From: an uncultured delta proteobacterium
Lineage (GTDB): Bacteria > Myxococcota_A > Polyangia > Fen-1088
Direction: 5' to 3'
DNA length: 64,000 nucleotides
Assembly (NCBI GenBank): GCA_963737265.1
Contig: CAVTRY010000011.1
Span: 192,001 to 256,000, forward strand
How positions within the stretch are numbered: the first letter of the stretch is position 1; the number at the start of each line of letters is the position of its first letter. Positions 1 to 9,407 of the stretch are shown here, piece after piece. Made by a program: the position numbers and the translations under genes. Under the pieces are notes generated by a model. That model was not told where the DNA came from and made no database searches. It saw nothing but the letters and a program-made list of their open reading frames with translations.

Positions 1-129
1 CTAAAGCTCCTGCATCACAAGACGAAGGTGCCGGTCGCGGAATACATTCGCCAAGGAATCGACTTGGTGCTGGAGCGAGAGAAAGCGCATCTTCCAGGGC
101 AGCTCTCGCTCGATGTGGTACGCAAATAG
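1..129 (+). CDS. Ribbon-helix-helix DNA-binding protein, CdbA-like (3' part only, truncated by window start)
   Basis: Frame 1 reads LKLLHHKTKVPVAEYIRQGIDLVLEREKAHLPGQLSLDVVRK*. KTKVPVAEYIRQGIDLVL resembles the myxobacterial RHH protein CdbA. Not in the ORF track. Confidence 0.75.
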   Translation, partial: LKLLHHKTKVPVAEYIRQGIDLVLEREKAHLPGQLSLDVVRK

Positions 130-183
130 CCCGACCAGCGCCCCCGCAAGTCCCGCAGCCAGTTCCGTAGAAGGTGTAACGAA

Positions 184-1986
184 GTGCCGACCCCGACCCA
201 TCTGATTCGCAATTTCTCCATCATCGCCCACATCGACCACGGAAAATCGACGCTGGCCGATCGCCTGATCGAGTTCACCGGCGCGCTCACCCAGCGCGAA
301 CAGAAGGACCAGTTTCTCGACAACATGGAGCTCGAGCGCGAGCGAGGCATCACCATCAAGGCAGCCACCGTGCGCCTGTCGTACAAGGCGCAGGACGGAC
401 AAACCTACGAGCTCAACCTCATCGATACGCCGGGGCACGTGGACTTTCACTACGAAGTGTCGCGCTCGCTGGCGGCGTGCGAAGGTGCGCTGTTGGTGGT
501 GGATGCCTCGCAGGGCGTGGAGGCGCAAACCCTGGCCAACGTCTACATGGCCGCGGAGCACAACCTGGCCATCGTTCCCGTGATCAACAAGATCGACCTG
601 CCGTCCGCCGATCCCGAGAACGCCAGACGCGAGATTGAGGAAATCATCGGCATCGATGCCTCCGGGGCCATTCTTGCCTCGGCCAAGGACGGACGCGGCA
701 TCGAAGAAACCTTGGAGGCCGTGGTCAAACGCATTCCGCCGCCGCAAGGAGATGCGCAACGGCCACTCAAGGTGCTCTTGCTCGACAGCTGGTACGACAG
801 CTACCGGGGCGTGGTGTTGCTGGTGCGGGTGTTCGACGGAACCTTGCGCCTCAAACAAAAGATTCGCCTGGTCGCGGCCGGGCGCGATCACGAGATCGTC
901 GGCCTCGGCGCGTTCGCCCCTTTCGCCAAGGACGTGGAAGAGCTCGGCCCGGGCGAGGTGGGCTTTCTCACCGCCGCCATCAAGGATGTCGCCGACGCGC
1001 GCGTGGGCGACACCATCACCGAGGCGAGCAAGCCCTGCGAAACGCCGTTGCCGGGCTTCCAGCCCGCCAAGCCCATGGTGTTCGCCGGGATTTTTCCGAC
1101 CGATCCGGCGCGCTACGTGGACTTTCGCGATGCCCTCGACAAGTTACGGCTCAACGACGCCTCGTTCAGCCGCGAGCCCGAGGTGTCGGCCGCGCTCGGC
1201 TTCGGCTTCCGCTGCGGCTTCCTCGGCCTTCTGCACATGGAGATCATCCAGGAACGCCTGGAGCGCGAGTACGATCTCGACCTCATCACCACGGCGCCCA
1301 CCGTGCGTTTTCAGGTCATCGGACGCGATGGCACGGTCACGGAGCTCGACAATCCCGCCAAATTCCCGTCGGAGGGCGACATCGAGCGCATCGAAGAGCC
1401 CATGATCGCCGCGGTCATTCACACGCCGCCCGAGTTCGTCGGCGGCATGCTCAAGCTGTGCGAGGAACGGCGCGGAACCCAGACCGGGCTAAGCTACGCC
1501 GGCGAACGCCGGGTCATGATCCGCTACGACCTGCCCCTGACCGAGGTCGTGTTCGGCTTCTACGACCGCATGAAATCCATCTCGCGCGGCTACGCCTCGC
1601 TCGACTACGAGCCCAAGGGCTACCGTGCCGCCGACCTCATTCGCCTCGATCTCCTGGTGAACGGCGATCGCGTGGATTCGCTTTCCGCTATCGTCCACCG
1701 CGAAACCTCGTATATCAAGGGTCGCGATCTGTGCGTGAAGATGAAGGAGCTTATTCCCATGCAGCAGTTCGAGGTCGCCATTCAGGCGTCGATCGGATCG
1801 CGTGTGATCGCGAAAACGGTGGTAAAAGCCCTGCGCAAGAACGTCACGGCAAAGTGCTACGGTGGCGACATCAGTCGGAAACGCAAACTTCTCGAACGGC
1901 AGAAAGAGGGGAAGAAACGCATGAAACAGGTGGGAAACGTGGAGATCCCGCAAGAGGCGTTCCTGGCCATCTTGAAGGTCGACTAG
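184..1986 (+). CDS. lepA: Elongation factor 4 (LepA)
   Basis: [32 protein letters not shown] and C-terminal [14 protein letters not shown]; 600 aa. Confidence 0.99.
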   Translation: MPTPTHLIRNFSIIAHIDHGKSTLADRLIEFTGALTQREQKDQFLDNMELERERGITIKAATVRLSYKAQDGQTYELNLIDTPGHVDFHYEVSRSLAACEGALLVVDASQGVEAQTLANVYMAAEHNLAIVPVINKIDLPSADPENARREIEEIIGIDASGAILASAKDGRGIEETLEAVVKRIPPPQGDAQRPLKVLLLDSWYDSYRGVVLLVRVFDGTLRLKQKIRLVAAGRDHEIVGLGAFAPFAKDVEELGPGEVGFLTAAIKDVADARVGDTITEASKPCETPLPGFQPAKPMVFAGIFPTDPARYVDFRDALDKLRLNDASFSREPEVSAALGFGFRCGFLGLLHMEIIQERLEREYDLDLITTAPTVRFQVIGRDGTVTELDNPAKFPSEGDIERIEEPMIAAVIHTPPEFVGGMLKLCEERRGTQTGLSYAGERRVMIRYDLPLTEVVFGFYDRMKSISRGYASLDYEPKGYRAADLIRLDLLVNGDRVDSLSAIVHRETSYIKGRDLCVKMKELIPMQQFEVAIQASIGSRVIAKTVVKALRKNVTAKCYGGDISRKRKLLERQKEGKKRMKQVGNVEIPQEAFLAILKVD

Positions 1987-1988
1987 CC

Positions 1989-2966
1989 ATGCTTTTAAAT
2001 CTTCTCAAAGCCTGGCGTAACCACCGACAGTGGAGCCGCGCCAAAGCCGAAGCCAAACAACTGGTGGGCGAGACCAAGCGCATTCTCAAAAAGAAACGCT
2101 ACCGCATCCCCGAGTCGGTCGCGAGCGCGATGATGGCATCGGTCGCCGAGGTGGCGGCGGCTCGCAAGGGCGATGCCTTCGAGCGCCTGCGTTTGGCCAT
2201 CGTCGATCTGGACGGAAAGATGGACCAGCACCTGGCATTCGCGCGCAAGTCGGCCACGCGCCAGTACGCCGAATCCATCGGCCTCGCGCTCGGCGTGGCG
2301 CTACTCCTGCGCGCCTTTGTCGTCGAGGCCTTCCAGATTCCGTCGGGATCGATGATTCCCACCCTGGAAGTGGGCGATCACATTTTTGTTTCGAAGTTCT
2401 CCTACGCCGTGGGTATCCCGTTCACCAACGCCAAGATCGCCGAGCTTGGCTTGCCCAAGCGGGGCGACATCATCGTCTTCAAATACCCGCCCGATCAGAG
2501 CGTGGACTACATCAAGCGCGTGGTGGGCCTGCCCGGTGAGACCATCGAAGTCCGCCGCAACGAGGTGTTCATCGACGGTCGCCCCATGGCGCGCGAGCGC
2601 GTGCCCGGGCAGTGCACGTCGAACGACGGCCCAGGCTTCGAGGGTGAAGATGACCGCCACGACTGCGAGGTGTGGCTGGAGCATCTCGATGACAAAACCC
2701 ACGTGACCCATCAAGACCCGCGTCTCGGCCCGTCGGATTTCGGCCCGGTCAAGATCCCGCAGGGGCACTTCTTCGCCATGGGCGACAATCGCGACAACTC
2801 GCGCGACTCGCGCGTGTGGGGCTTCGTCCCCTACGAGCTCATCAAGGGCCGTGCCCTAATCGTCTGGTGGTCGCGCGATCCGGCCCGCGGCGGCCTGTCC
2901 GCCGATGGCGTGGCCGATTGGTTCAAGTCCATCCGCTGGCGCAGGTTCTTTCAGCGGATTGAGTAG
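1989..2966 (+). CDS. lepB: Signal peptidase I
   Basis: IPSGSMIPTL (catalytic Ser), DYIKRVVGLPG (catalytic Lys), GDNRDNSRDSR. ATG 2 nt after the lepA stop; the ORF-track start at 1458 overlaps lepA. Confidence 0.97.
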   Translation: MLLNLLKAWRNHRQWSRAKAEAKQLVGETKRILKKKRYRIPESVASAMMASVAEVAAARKGDAFERLRLAIVDLDGKMDQHLAFARKSATRQYAESIGLALGVALLLRAFVVEAFQIPSGSMIPTLEVGDHIFVSKFSYAVGIPFTNAKIAELGLPKRGDIIVFKYPPDQSVDYIKRVVGLPGETIEVRRNEVFIDGRPMARERVPGQCTSNDGPGFEGEDDRHDCEVWLEHLDDKTHVTHQDPRLGPSDFGPVKIPQGHFFAMGDNRDNSRDSRVWGFVPYELIKGRALIVWWSRDPARGGLSADGVADWFKSIRWRRFFQRIE

Positions 2967-2999
2967 CGTGCCTTGGGGGCGGATGTGCCGCAACCCAGG

Positions 3000-5318
3000 T
3001 CAGGTCGAGCCTGAGGAGAAGTCGCGGAGAAAGTCTACGAGGAAGGATTCCATGGGCGACGTCGGGTGCGAGGGAATCATCCCGGTGGTGTAGCCGCGGG
3101 CCACGAACGGCGCAACCAGCGAAGGATCGCGGCTGATCACGTGGACCGGGACGGCCCAGGACGGCGAATTGTCCGTGATCTCCGAGACCGGTTGGTGGTC
3201 TCCCAAGATGACGAACAGCGAATCGTCGTCGACGAAGATCGTCAGGTAATCGTCGAGGACCTGCAGGTCGTAAAGGATGCTGGTTAGGTACGGCTCCGCC
3301 GCATTCGAGAAGTCGGGCCAGTTGGTGTGGGCCCGCTTGAGTGGATGCGTGTTGTAGATACTGCCGTCGCCGATTTGCGACCAGTCTTCGACCATGGTCG
3401 GGATGTGGCTCCAGGGGGCGTGGCTTGACACCAACACGTAGGTGACAAAGAGCGGGCCAGTTCGCTTGGCAAGAACGTTGCGGCGGGCGTAATCCATGAC
3501 GTACTGGTCGGGCATGGACGCCCACGCGAAGGCCGGGCCGGCATAGTCGAAATCCCAATTCCTGTAGACTCGATCGAAATCGTAGAAGTCGGCGGTGGGC
3601 GATGGTCGGTTGGTATTGGGCTCGACCATCGTCGTGTAATAGCCGGTATCGTGCATGAGGCGCGCCATGCTGCGTGGGTGGCTCACGCCAAGCAGGTCGT
3701 ATTGCAATTGATCGGTCGTGCGCACGCCGGTGAGTAGCGTCGCGTGTGCCAGCCACGACATTCCTCCGTAGGTCGCCGACTCCATTAGGCCCGAGGCCGA
3801 CGCGAACCCGTGACGGTCGAGGTCCGACTGCATAGCCTTGAGCGCGGGCAGGGCCTTTTCGGCGAAGGAGGGCCGATCGAGCACCGTTGCGCCGTACGAC
3901 TCGACGAAGATCAGATACACGTTCGCGTGGTGCAGGCGCTCGAGATGCGAGGGCGTGTGGTTGAGGACGTCCTGGGTTCGGGCAATGTTGCGCATTCCAC
4001 TTAAACGATGGTCATAGACATTGAGCAGGAAGGTCGCCTCGCGCTGTAGTCGCGGCACCGTGCTGGCCGCGAAGGCGCCAGCGTAGCGTTCGTTGTAGCG
4101 GGGATCCTGATCGAGAAATGCTGAAGCGATGGCAAAGGGCATTGCCAGAGCCACCAACAGCAGCACCCGGCGGCGGCGCTGGAGGTACGCCGCCGAAAAC
4201 GCGACGGCGCGATCGACGGCCAGCACCAGCAGCCCGACGACAGCGAGCGCGCCCACGACGCCCGCGTAGAACTTCCACGCGGCGAAGGTCGAATGCGCGT
4301 AACGAACCAAATCGGGGGCGAGCGGCAAGTCGATATAGAGATTGAAGAGCTTGCCGAAGTAGCGGCCGGTGACCCCGTCCCCAATGCGCAGGCCGCGAAT
4401 AAGGACGAAGAGGGCGACGATCGGAATCCGCGCGCCCCAGGGCAGTCGCCACCCGGCAAGCCCAAGGAGAGCGAACAGCGCCAACAGCAGGGTCACATCG
4501 AGAGACGGCAGAAAATACCATCCCGTCGGCTCGGTCGCGGGGTAGCGGACATTCACCATGAGATTGAGGAACGACCACGCCAGCAGGAAGAAGAGCGTCG
4601 GAGACACGTAACGCCAAGCCGCCTGCCCCGCGGCCAGCATGGACCGCGGGAGACGCCACGGACGAGGGTAGGATTGCATAAACGAATACGTGAACGACGC
4701 GCCGACGATCGCGCTGGCGAGGGCGGCAGCTAGAGTGCGGGCAAAGATGCCGCCCACGAGGAGAGCGCCCAGAAACAGGGTCGTGCTGGTAAGAAACGCC
4801 CGCCGTCCGAAGCGCGAACGCTGCGCCGCCACGCCGGTTGGAGGTGCAAGCACTAGAATCAGCACGTAGGCATAGCGAAGAGTGCCCGGGACCAGTACCC
4901 ATTCGCCCACCCCGCGGCGCAGCCAAAGGACGAGACCAAGGACGACCACCAGGGTGGCATCGGTCTCGCAGTCAAAGATCGCCCCGAATTCCGAGGCACA
5001 GCCAAAGCGGCGTGCTACCACGCCATCCACGGCGTCCAGCAAAAAGGCGGCCAGGAGCGCCACGAAAGGGACGTTCTGGCCGAGCAGCGGGAGCGCGGCC
5101 GCCACTGCCAACAGCAGCGCCAGCCGGAACAGCGTGATGAGATTGGCTGGTCCAAAGCCACCGGTCGGTGTCCAGCGACCGGCCGCACTGGCAATGAGCG
5201 CAAGCAAGGACAAGCCAGCCCCCACGCTCACCGGCCAGGCTGCGTTCAAAACCAGGGAAACCGCGTAGGCCGTCAGCACCGCAACCGCATGCATGGGCAA
5301 AGTCCAACCGCCTCTCAC
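3000..5318 (-). CDS. Fusion of CDP-alcohol phosphotransferase and membrane-anchored sulfatase/alkaline-phosphatase-superfamily domain
   Basis: N-terminal PANLITLFR and DAVDGVVARRFGCASEFGAIFDCETD (CDP-alcohol phosphotransferase motif); many TM segments; C-terminal FVESYG, GGMSWLAHATLLTG, SSHAPW, LGDHQP. Start uncertain. Confidence 0.85.
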   Translation of the reverse strand: MRGGWTLPMHAVAVLTAYAVSLVLNAAWPVSVGAGLSLLALIASAAGRWTPTGGFGPANLITLFRLALLLAVAAALPLLGQNVPFVALLAAFLLDAVDGVVARRFGCASEFGAIFDCETDATLVVVLGLVLWLRRGVGEWVLVPGTLRYAYVLILVLAPPTGVAAQRSRFGRRAFLTSTTLFLGALLVGGIFARTLAAALASAIVGASFTYSFMQSYPRPWRLPRSMLAAGQAAWRYVSPTLFFLLAWSFLNLMVNVRYPATEPTGWYFLPSLDVTLLLALFALLGLAGWRLPWGARIPIVALFVLIRGLRIGDGVTGRYFGKLFNLYIDLPLAPDLVRYAHSTFAAWKFYAGVVGALAVVGLLVLAVDRAVAFSAAYLQRRRRVLLLVALAMPFAIASAFLDQDPRYNERYAGAFAASTVPRLQREATFLLNVYDHRLSGMRNIARTQDVLNHTPSHLERLHHANVYLIFVESYGATVLDRPSFAEKALPALKAMQSDLDRHGFASASGLMESATYGGMSWLAHATLLTGVRTTDQLQYDLLGVSHPRSMARLMHDTGYYTTMVEPNTNRPSPTADFYDFDRVYRNWDFDYAGPAFAWASMPDQYVMDYARRNVLAKRTGPLFVTYVLVSSHAPWSHIPTMVEDWSQIGDGSIYNTHPLKRAHTNWPDFSNAAEPYLTSILYDLQVLDDYLTIFVDDDSLFVILGDHQPVSEITDNSPSWAVPVHVISRDPSLVAPFVARGYTTGMIPSHPTSPMESFLVDFLRDFSSGST

Positions 5319-5725
5319 GCCCCACCTCCAAGCCGAAGCACTTGGGTTGGACCGGAGATGGCGTATGTCGCCGCTGCGTTGTGTTCCACGGCCCGCCTGG
5401 CCTTTCTTGCGTCGCGAATAGCCTTAGGATGTTCCTGACCGTGATTGGTCGCCGCGCAACACGGAACCCATGTTTTCCGGCCAAGGTGGCGTCTTGTCCA
5501 GCTTGCCGGTCACCACGTTTCCGTCGGGATGCGATCCGTTGTTCGTTTCCTGCGAACCCGCGCTATGCGGGCTCGTCGCACCTCGCGGTTTCGACCCGGA
5601 TCGCAAGTCTTTCTGCGCTAAGCCACGAATGCTCCTTCAAGCCCTTCGCGTGCGAGGTAGTGCCGACAGTGGTCAGTGCGAGATCCTGTTGCTTTGGGGT
5701 AGGTGTCACGGGAAAGTAAGCCGCT

Positions 5726-6085
5726 GTGGAGGTCATTCTCGATCAGAACGCGGACGGGACGTGGTCGTCCGTCACGTTGCCCACGGGGGCCAGGCACAAG
5801 ATCATCCTGCGGCGGCGCAAGCTGGAAATCGAGCGCCGGTACCACGACGATCGGCCGGTCGAAGGGGCGCCGTTCACTGTCGAGCTCGCGGACGGCAACA
5901 AGATCGAGGGCAAGCTGGACGAGGCTGGCAAGGCGAGTGTGAAGCTGACCGCGCCGGCCAAGCGCATTCAGTTCGGCCCCGACGAACGCGACTGGACGCG
6001 CGTCGACCAGGAAAAGAACCCCGACCACAAGGACGAGCTCGGCGATGTCGACGCCTTCGTGAACGAGCGGTTTTCGCAAACATGA
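5726..6085 (+). CDS. Small hypothetical protein with transthyretin-like (VgrG C-terminal-like) motif, T6SS-associated candidate
   Basis: RYHDDRPVEGAPFTVELADGNKIEGKLDEAGKA. Stop overlaps the next ATG (ATGA at 6082-6085). Confidence 0.7.
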   Translation: MEVILDQNADGTWSSVTLPTGARHKIILRRRKLEIERRYHDDRPVEGAPFTVELADGNKIEGKLDEAGKASVKLTAPAKRIQFGPDERDWTRVDQEKNPDHKDELGDVDAFVNERFSQT

Positions 6086-7500
6086 GCGACGCCGAGCAAC
6101 AGTCCACCGTGAGCCAGGTGGGCAGCTGGATTTGGGGCACCATCGAAGGTGGCTTCAACGAGCAGCAATCCATCAGCCAGATCATCGTCGACGCCATCAT
6201 CGGCATGATCCCGCTGCTCGGCGACGTAACCGCTGTCCGCGATCTGGTGGCGGTCATCCTGCGGCTGGTCGAGCATCCCGAAAAGCGCCAGGACAAGCTG
6301 GAATGGCTGACCCTGGTGTTGCTGCTGTTCGCGCTGATTCCGGTCTTCGGCGGCGTCATCAAGGGCGTGGGGCGGCTGGTGCTCAAGGCTGGCGGGGAGG
6401 TGGGCAAGCACGCCGAGATCGTTCGCGACATCATCCAGTTGCTCAACCGGCTGGGCGAGGGCAACGCGGTCAAGTTCTTCCGCGCCCTCGATTTCGAGCA
6501 GTACACCGCTGAGATCGTCGGGCAATGGCGCAAGCTGACCCAGCGCCTGGACGACGTGATCGGTGGCGTCCTCCGCCGCGCGCGCTTTGCGATTCCAGAC
6601 GGCATGGTCAAGCGCCTGGAACAGCTCCAAACCGGCATTTGCGATCTTAAGCAAATCGGCGAGCGCATGATTCCCGACTCGCTCAAAGAGCTGAACCGGC
6701 GTCTCAAGACCCTGCAAAAGCACGTCTACGAAGGCGAGTGGCACGAGATCCCCGACGCCCTCAAGAGCGCCACGCGCGAGACCGAGGCGCGCCTGGTGGA
6801 GACGGAGGTCAAGGGCAAGCCCAAGAAGGTGTGGGAGCTTCACGATGTGCCCTTTCCGCCGGACGGCGCGGAGATGTATCACCATGTCGAAGGATGGCCG
6901 GACCTTGGAGATCCTCCTTGGACAAAGGAAGAAAATGCCTGGGTGATCGCATCCTTCAGTGGGCCGATTCGCCCCGTCAAGATTCCCGCTGGCACGAAGA
7001 TTCGTCGAATCGTGACCGACAAATCGAACAAGGCCGGTCCCTTTTGGAGCTACGAGCTCGCCCGCGACGGCAAGAGTTGGCGCGAGGACTGCGCCGTTCT
7101 CGAAAGCTGGAGCGGCAACGGATTCTTCGTCGAGCTGACTGTTCCGGAGGGCGGAATCTGGGCCTGGGAAGGCAAGATAGCCTCACAGGTCGAAGGTGCG
7201 GCGGAGGCTGCAACCTCTGGCCAGTTCCTGCGTGGCGGTGCAACTCAGGTCTTCATCGACTTCACCTTCCCGGCGCACGTGGGGCTGAAGGAGATGGTCG
7301 ATATGCTCGACCGCATCCCAACGAACTGGACGGGACATACGAACGTGAACGTTCCAGAAAAGATAGTTACGATTCAGAAGCTGGGCGTGAACGAGGTGGC
7401 GCCCAAGAGCGCCGCTGAGACTGGAGCGGCGGCAGGGCAACGAGCGGTGCGCGCGGAAGGTCGCGACGACCAGCAATCGCAGGCAGGGGGCGCACCATGA
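6082..7500 (+). CDS. FIX-domain polymorphic toxin / T6SS effector with TNT-like (ART/NAD-glycohydrolase fold) C-terminal domain
   Basis: N-terminal WIWGTIEGGFNEQQSISQIIVDAIIGMIPLLGDVTAVRDL (FIX-like); C-terminal R..GPFWS..R..AVLESW..VP..EGKIASQ..GGATQVF. ATGA overlaps at both ends; 472 aa from ATG 6082. Confidence 0.75.
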   Translation: MSDAEQQSTVSQVGSWIWGTIEGGFNEQQSISQIIVDAIIGMIPLLGDVTAVRDLVAVILRLVEHPEKRQDKLEWLTLVLLLFALIPVFGGVIKGVGRLVLKAGGEVGKHAEIVRDIIQLLNRLGEGNAVKFFRALDFEQYTAEIVGQWRKLTQRLDDVIGGVLRRARFAIPDGMVKRLEQLQTGICDLKQIGERMIPDSLKELNRRLKTLQKHVYEGEWHEIPDALKSATRETEARLVETEVKGKPKKVWELHDVPFPPDGAEMYHHVEGWPDLGDPPWTKEENAWVIASFSGPIRPVKIPAGTKIRRIVTDKSNKAGPFWSYELARDGKSWREDCAVLESWSGNGFFVELTVPEGGIWAWEGKIASQVEGAAEAATSGQFLRGGATQVFIDFTFPAHVGLKEMVDMLDRIPTNWTGHTNVNVPEKIVTIQKLGVNEVAPKSAAETGAAAGQRAVRAEGRDDQQSQAGGAP

Positions 7501-8378
7501 AGGACTTGGGACCGACGGTCACGAAGATCAGCGGACGTGAAATACAAGTTACTGAGCTGGATCGTGCGCGGGCCTTCTGGCTGCTGCAGAAGTACACCTC
7601 AGTCAGCTATCTACGGCGCATGTTTTCCCTATACGCTAACTTCGTGGCCGGCTACGAGGACTTCTCTCGGCGCGAAAAGGAACGCGTCGAATTCCACCGT
7701 GAGAACCTCACCCACTACTACACGTATCAAGCCTACTTGAGGGAGGGGCTCGATCTTCTTGAGCGCGGTTACAAGAGCGGTTACTCACGTATCGAGAGCG
7801 GCTGTTTTTTCGAAGAGTATCTAACCGGCCGACGTTTCGACGGTGGCTTCGAGCACGAAGAGATCGGTTTCCGCGCCCGCACGCCTCACGTCGACCTGTA
7901 CGCGTGGGGCGATGTGGCTTCGGGGCTGCGGACCAAGGTTTGGTACACGCTTAACGCAAAGTGGGCTTTTCCCCGCATTCTCGATCCAATCTATATCACC
8001 TTCCCCTTTCCCGCGACCCTTCCGCCCGCACCTGCACCGCAGGGTGCCGCCGTTACCACCGGGAAGGAAATTCCAAAATCGGGCATCTGGCAGCCCACGA
8101 CCACGCCTGCCGGCAGCCCGCAGTACCTGTGGGCCGGCCTCTACGCCCCTCGTGGCACCCGTCCCACCGAACGCCTCGACTATCCAGAGAGGCCTGCTGG
8201 GCATGGGTACAAGCTGAAGCCCGCGCACACCAACTACGAATACGCCGCCGAACCGACGGAGTGGCGGCTACTTTGGGAGGATCATCGCTACGAGGGCGGC
8301 CACATTCCCGACGAATCCGAATACCTCGACCCCAGCACCGAACCTCCGCCCTGGCCGCCGCTGGTTCCGCAGCCGTAG
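7497..8378 (+). CDS. Immunity protein, Imm71/Imm72-like
   Basis: RARAFWLLQKYTS at the N-terminus; TTGKEIPKSGIWQP and TEWRLLWEDHRYEGGHIPDE at the C-terminus. Coupled to the upstream toxin gene. Confidence 0.75.
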   Translation: MKDLGPTVTKISGREIQVTELDRARAFWLLQKYTSVSYLRRMFSLYANFVAGYEDFSRREKERVEFHRENLTHYYTYQAYLREGLDLLERGYKSGYSRIESGCFFEEYLTGRRFDGGFEHEEIGFRARTPHVDLYAWGDVASGLRTKVWYTLNAKWAFPRILDPIYITFPFPATLPPAPAPQGAAVTTGKEIPKSGIWQPTTTPAGSPQYLWAGLYAPRGTRPTERLDYPERPAGHGYKLKPAHTNYEYAAEPTEWRLLWEDHRYEGGHIPDESEYLDPSTEPPPWPPLVPQP

Positions 8379-8390
8379 GCGCCGCGCCGG

Positions 8391-9281
8391 TTACGTGGCT
8401 GCGTCCTTGTCTTTGAAGGAGATGGTTGCATCGCCAGGTTCGATGTTCTCGACGTGAACGATCCCTTCAGGATCGGCGGCCGTGCCGCGTGAAGCGCCGT
8501 CGGAGAAAAACATGTCGACTTTTCCCTTCCAGGGCTGCTCCGATTCTTCCACGCACTCGATCGCGATCCAGCCGAGCTTGAGCTTGCGCATCTGCGACGG
8601 GGTAATGGCCGGTCCGGTGTCCTTCTCTGGCGCGCGCTCGACCGGCGCGCGGCGAAGAAGGATGAGTCCATCGGGCTCGGTGAGCGCGTGCCAGTCGCGC
8701 GTGATCTGATCGCGCGCCTTGACGAGAAGCTCGGCCAATTCCGTCGACGTGCCAGGTTGCTTGGCCAGCGCGTCCAGGATCTGCTTGGCCTCGTCCTGGC
8801 GGACCACGTGGTAGTAGTTGCGCTCGGGAAATTTCTCGAAGTCGATGTCGCGGATCAGGCGATAGTGCCGGCCCGCCTCGGTCAGTTTTCCACCCGTCTT
8901 GGCTTCGATCTCGCGAATCAGATGCCGCTTCGCCACCGCGGGATCGACGGGCCGCGCCGCCAGCACGGCCGGGTCGACCTTCTTGATGGCGACCAGGTCG
9001 CCAAGCCCTATCCCGTCCTTGATCAGATGGTTCACCGCGTACTCGTCCAGCGACGACAGCGGAAACCGCGACAGACCGGCGTCGGCGACGAAGCGCCGTA
9101 TAGCCCATCGGTTTTTCGGCCACAGGCGGCCAAAGTCCCACAACGCCTGGAAGGGACCGAGAGCCTCGTACTCGCCGTCGCGACACAGCCGACTCGCATC
9201 GAGCCTACCGACCAAGATGACCTTGCTTTCGATCTGCCAAAAAGGCGAGATGCCAAGAGAGGGGCCAAACATCAAATCCAT
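8391..9281 (-). CDS. Hypothetical protein with C-terminal transthyretin-like/carboxypeptidase-regulatory-like domain
   Basis: 296-aa ORF ending WIAIECVEESEQPWKGKVDMFFSDGASRGTAADPEGIVHVENIEPGDATISF. Confidence 0.65.
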   Translation of the reverse strand: MDLMFGPSLGISPFWQIESKVILVGRLDASRLCRDGEYEALGPFQALWDFGRLWPKNRWAIRRFVADAGLSRFPLSSLDEYAVNHLIKDGIGLGDLVAIKKVDPAVLAARPVDPAVAKRHLIREIEAKTGGKLTEAGRHYRLIRDIDFEKFPERNYYHVVRQDEAKQILDALAKQPGTSTELAELLVKARDQITRDWHALTEPDGLILLRRAPVERAPEKDTGPAITPSQMRKLKLGWIAIECVEESEQPWKGKVDMFFSDGASRGTAADPEGIVHVENIEPGDATISFKDKDAAT

Positions 9282-9407
9282 GGCGCCATCCTATGCGTGA
9301 TTCGAAGGGCAGAGCAATTCGGATCCACGACGCGACACCGCCAAACCCTTGCGCGACGCCGTCCCATTCGAGTCTGGACGCCGCGGTGCCAAGCGCGCGA
9401 CGGCCGG

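Noticed and set aside
1-891. Long antisense ORFs (also 48310-49539, 51391-53478, 42451-43434 and others)
   Set aside because: Shadows of well-supported genes on the opposite strand, typical of high-GC codon bias.
5470-6081. 204-aa N-terminal extension of the effector ORF
   Set aside because: It overlaps the better-supported 5726-6085 gene; ATGA coupling and the FIX position favour ATG 6082.
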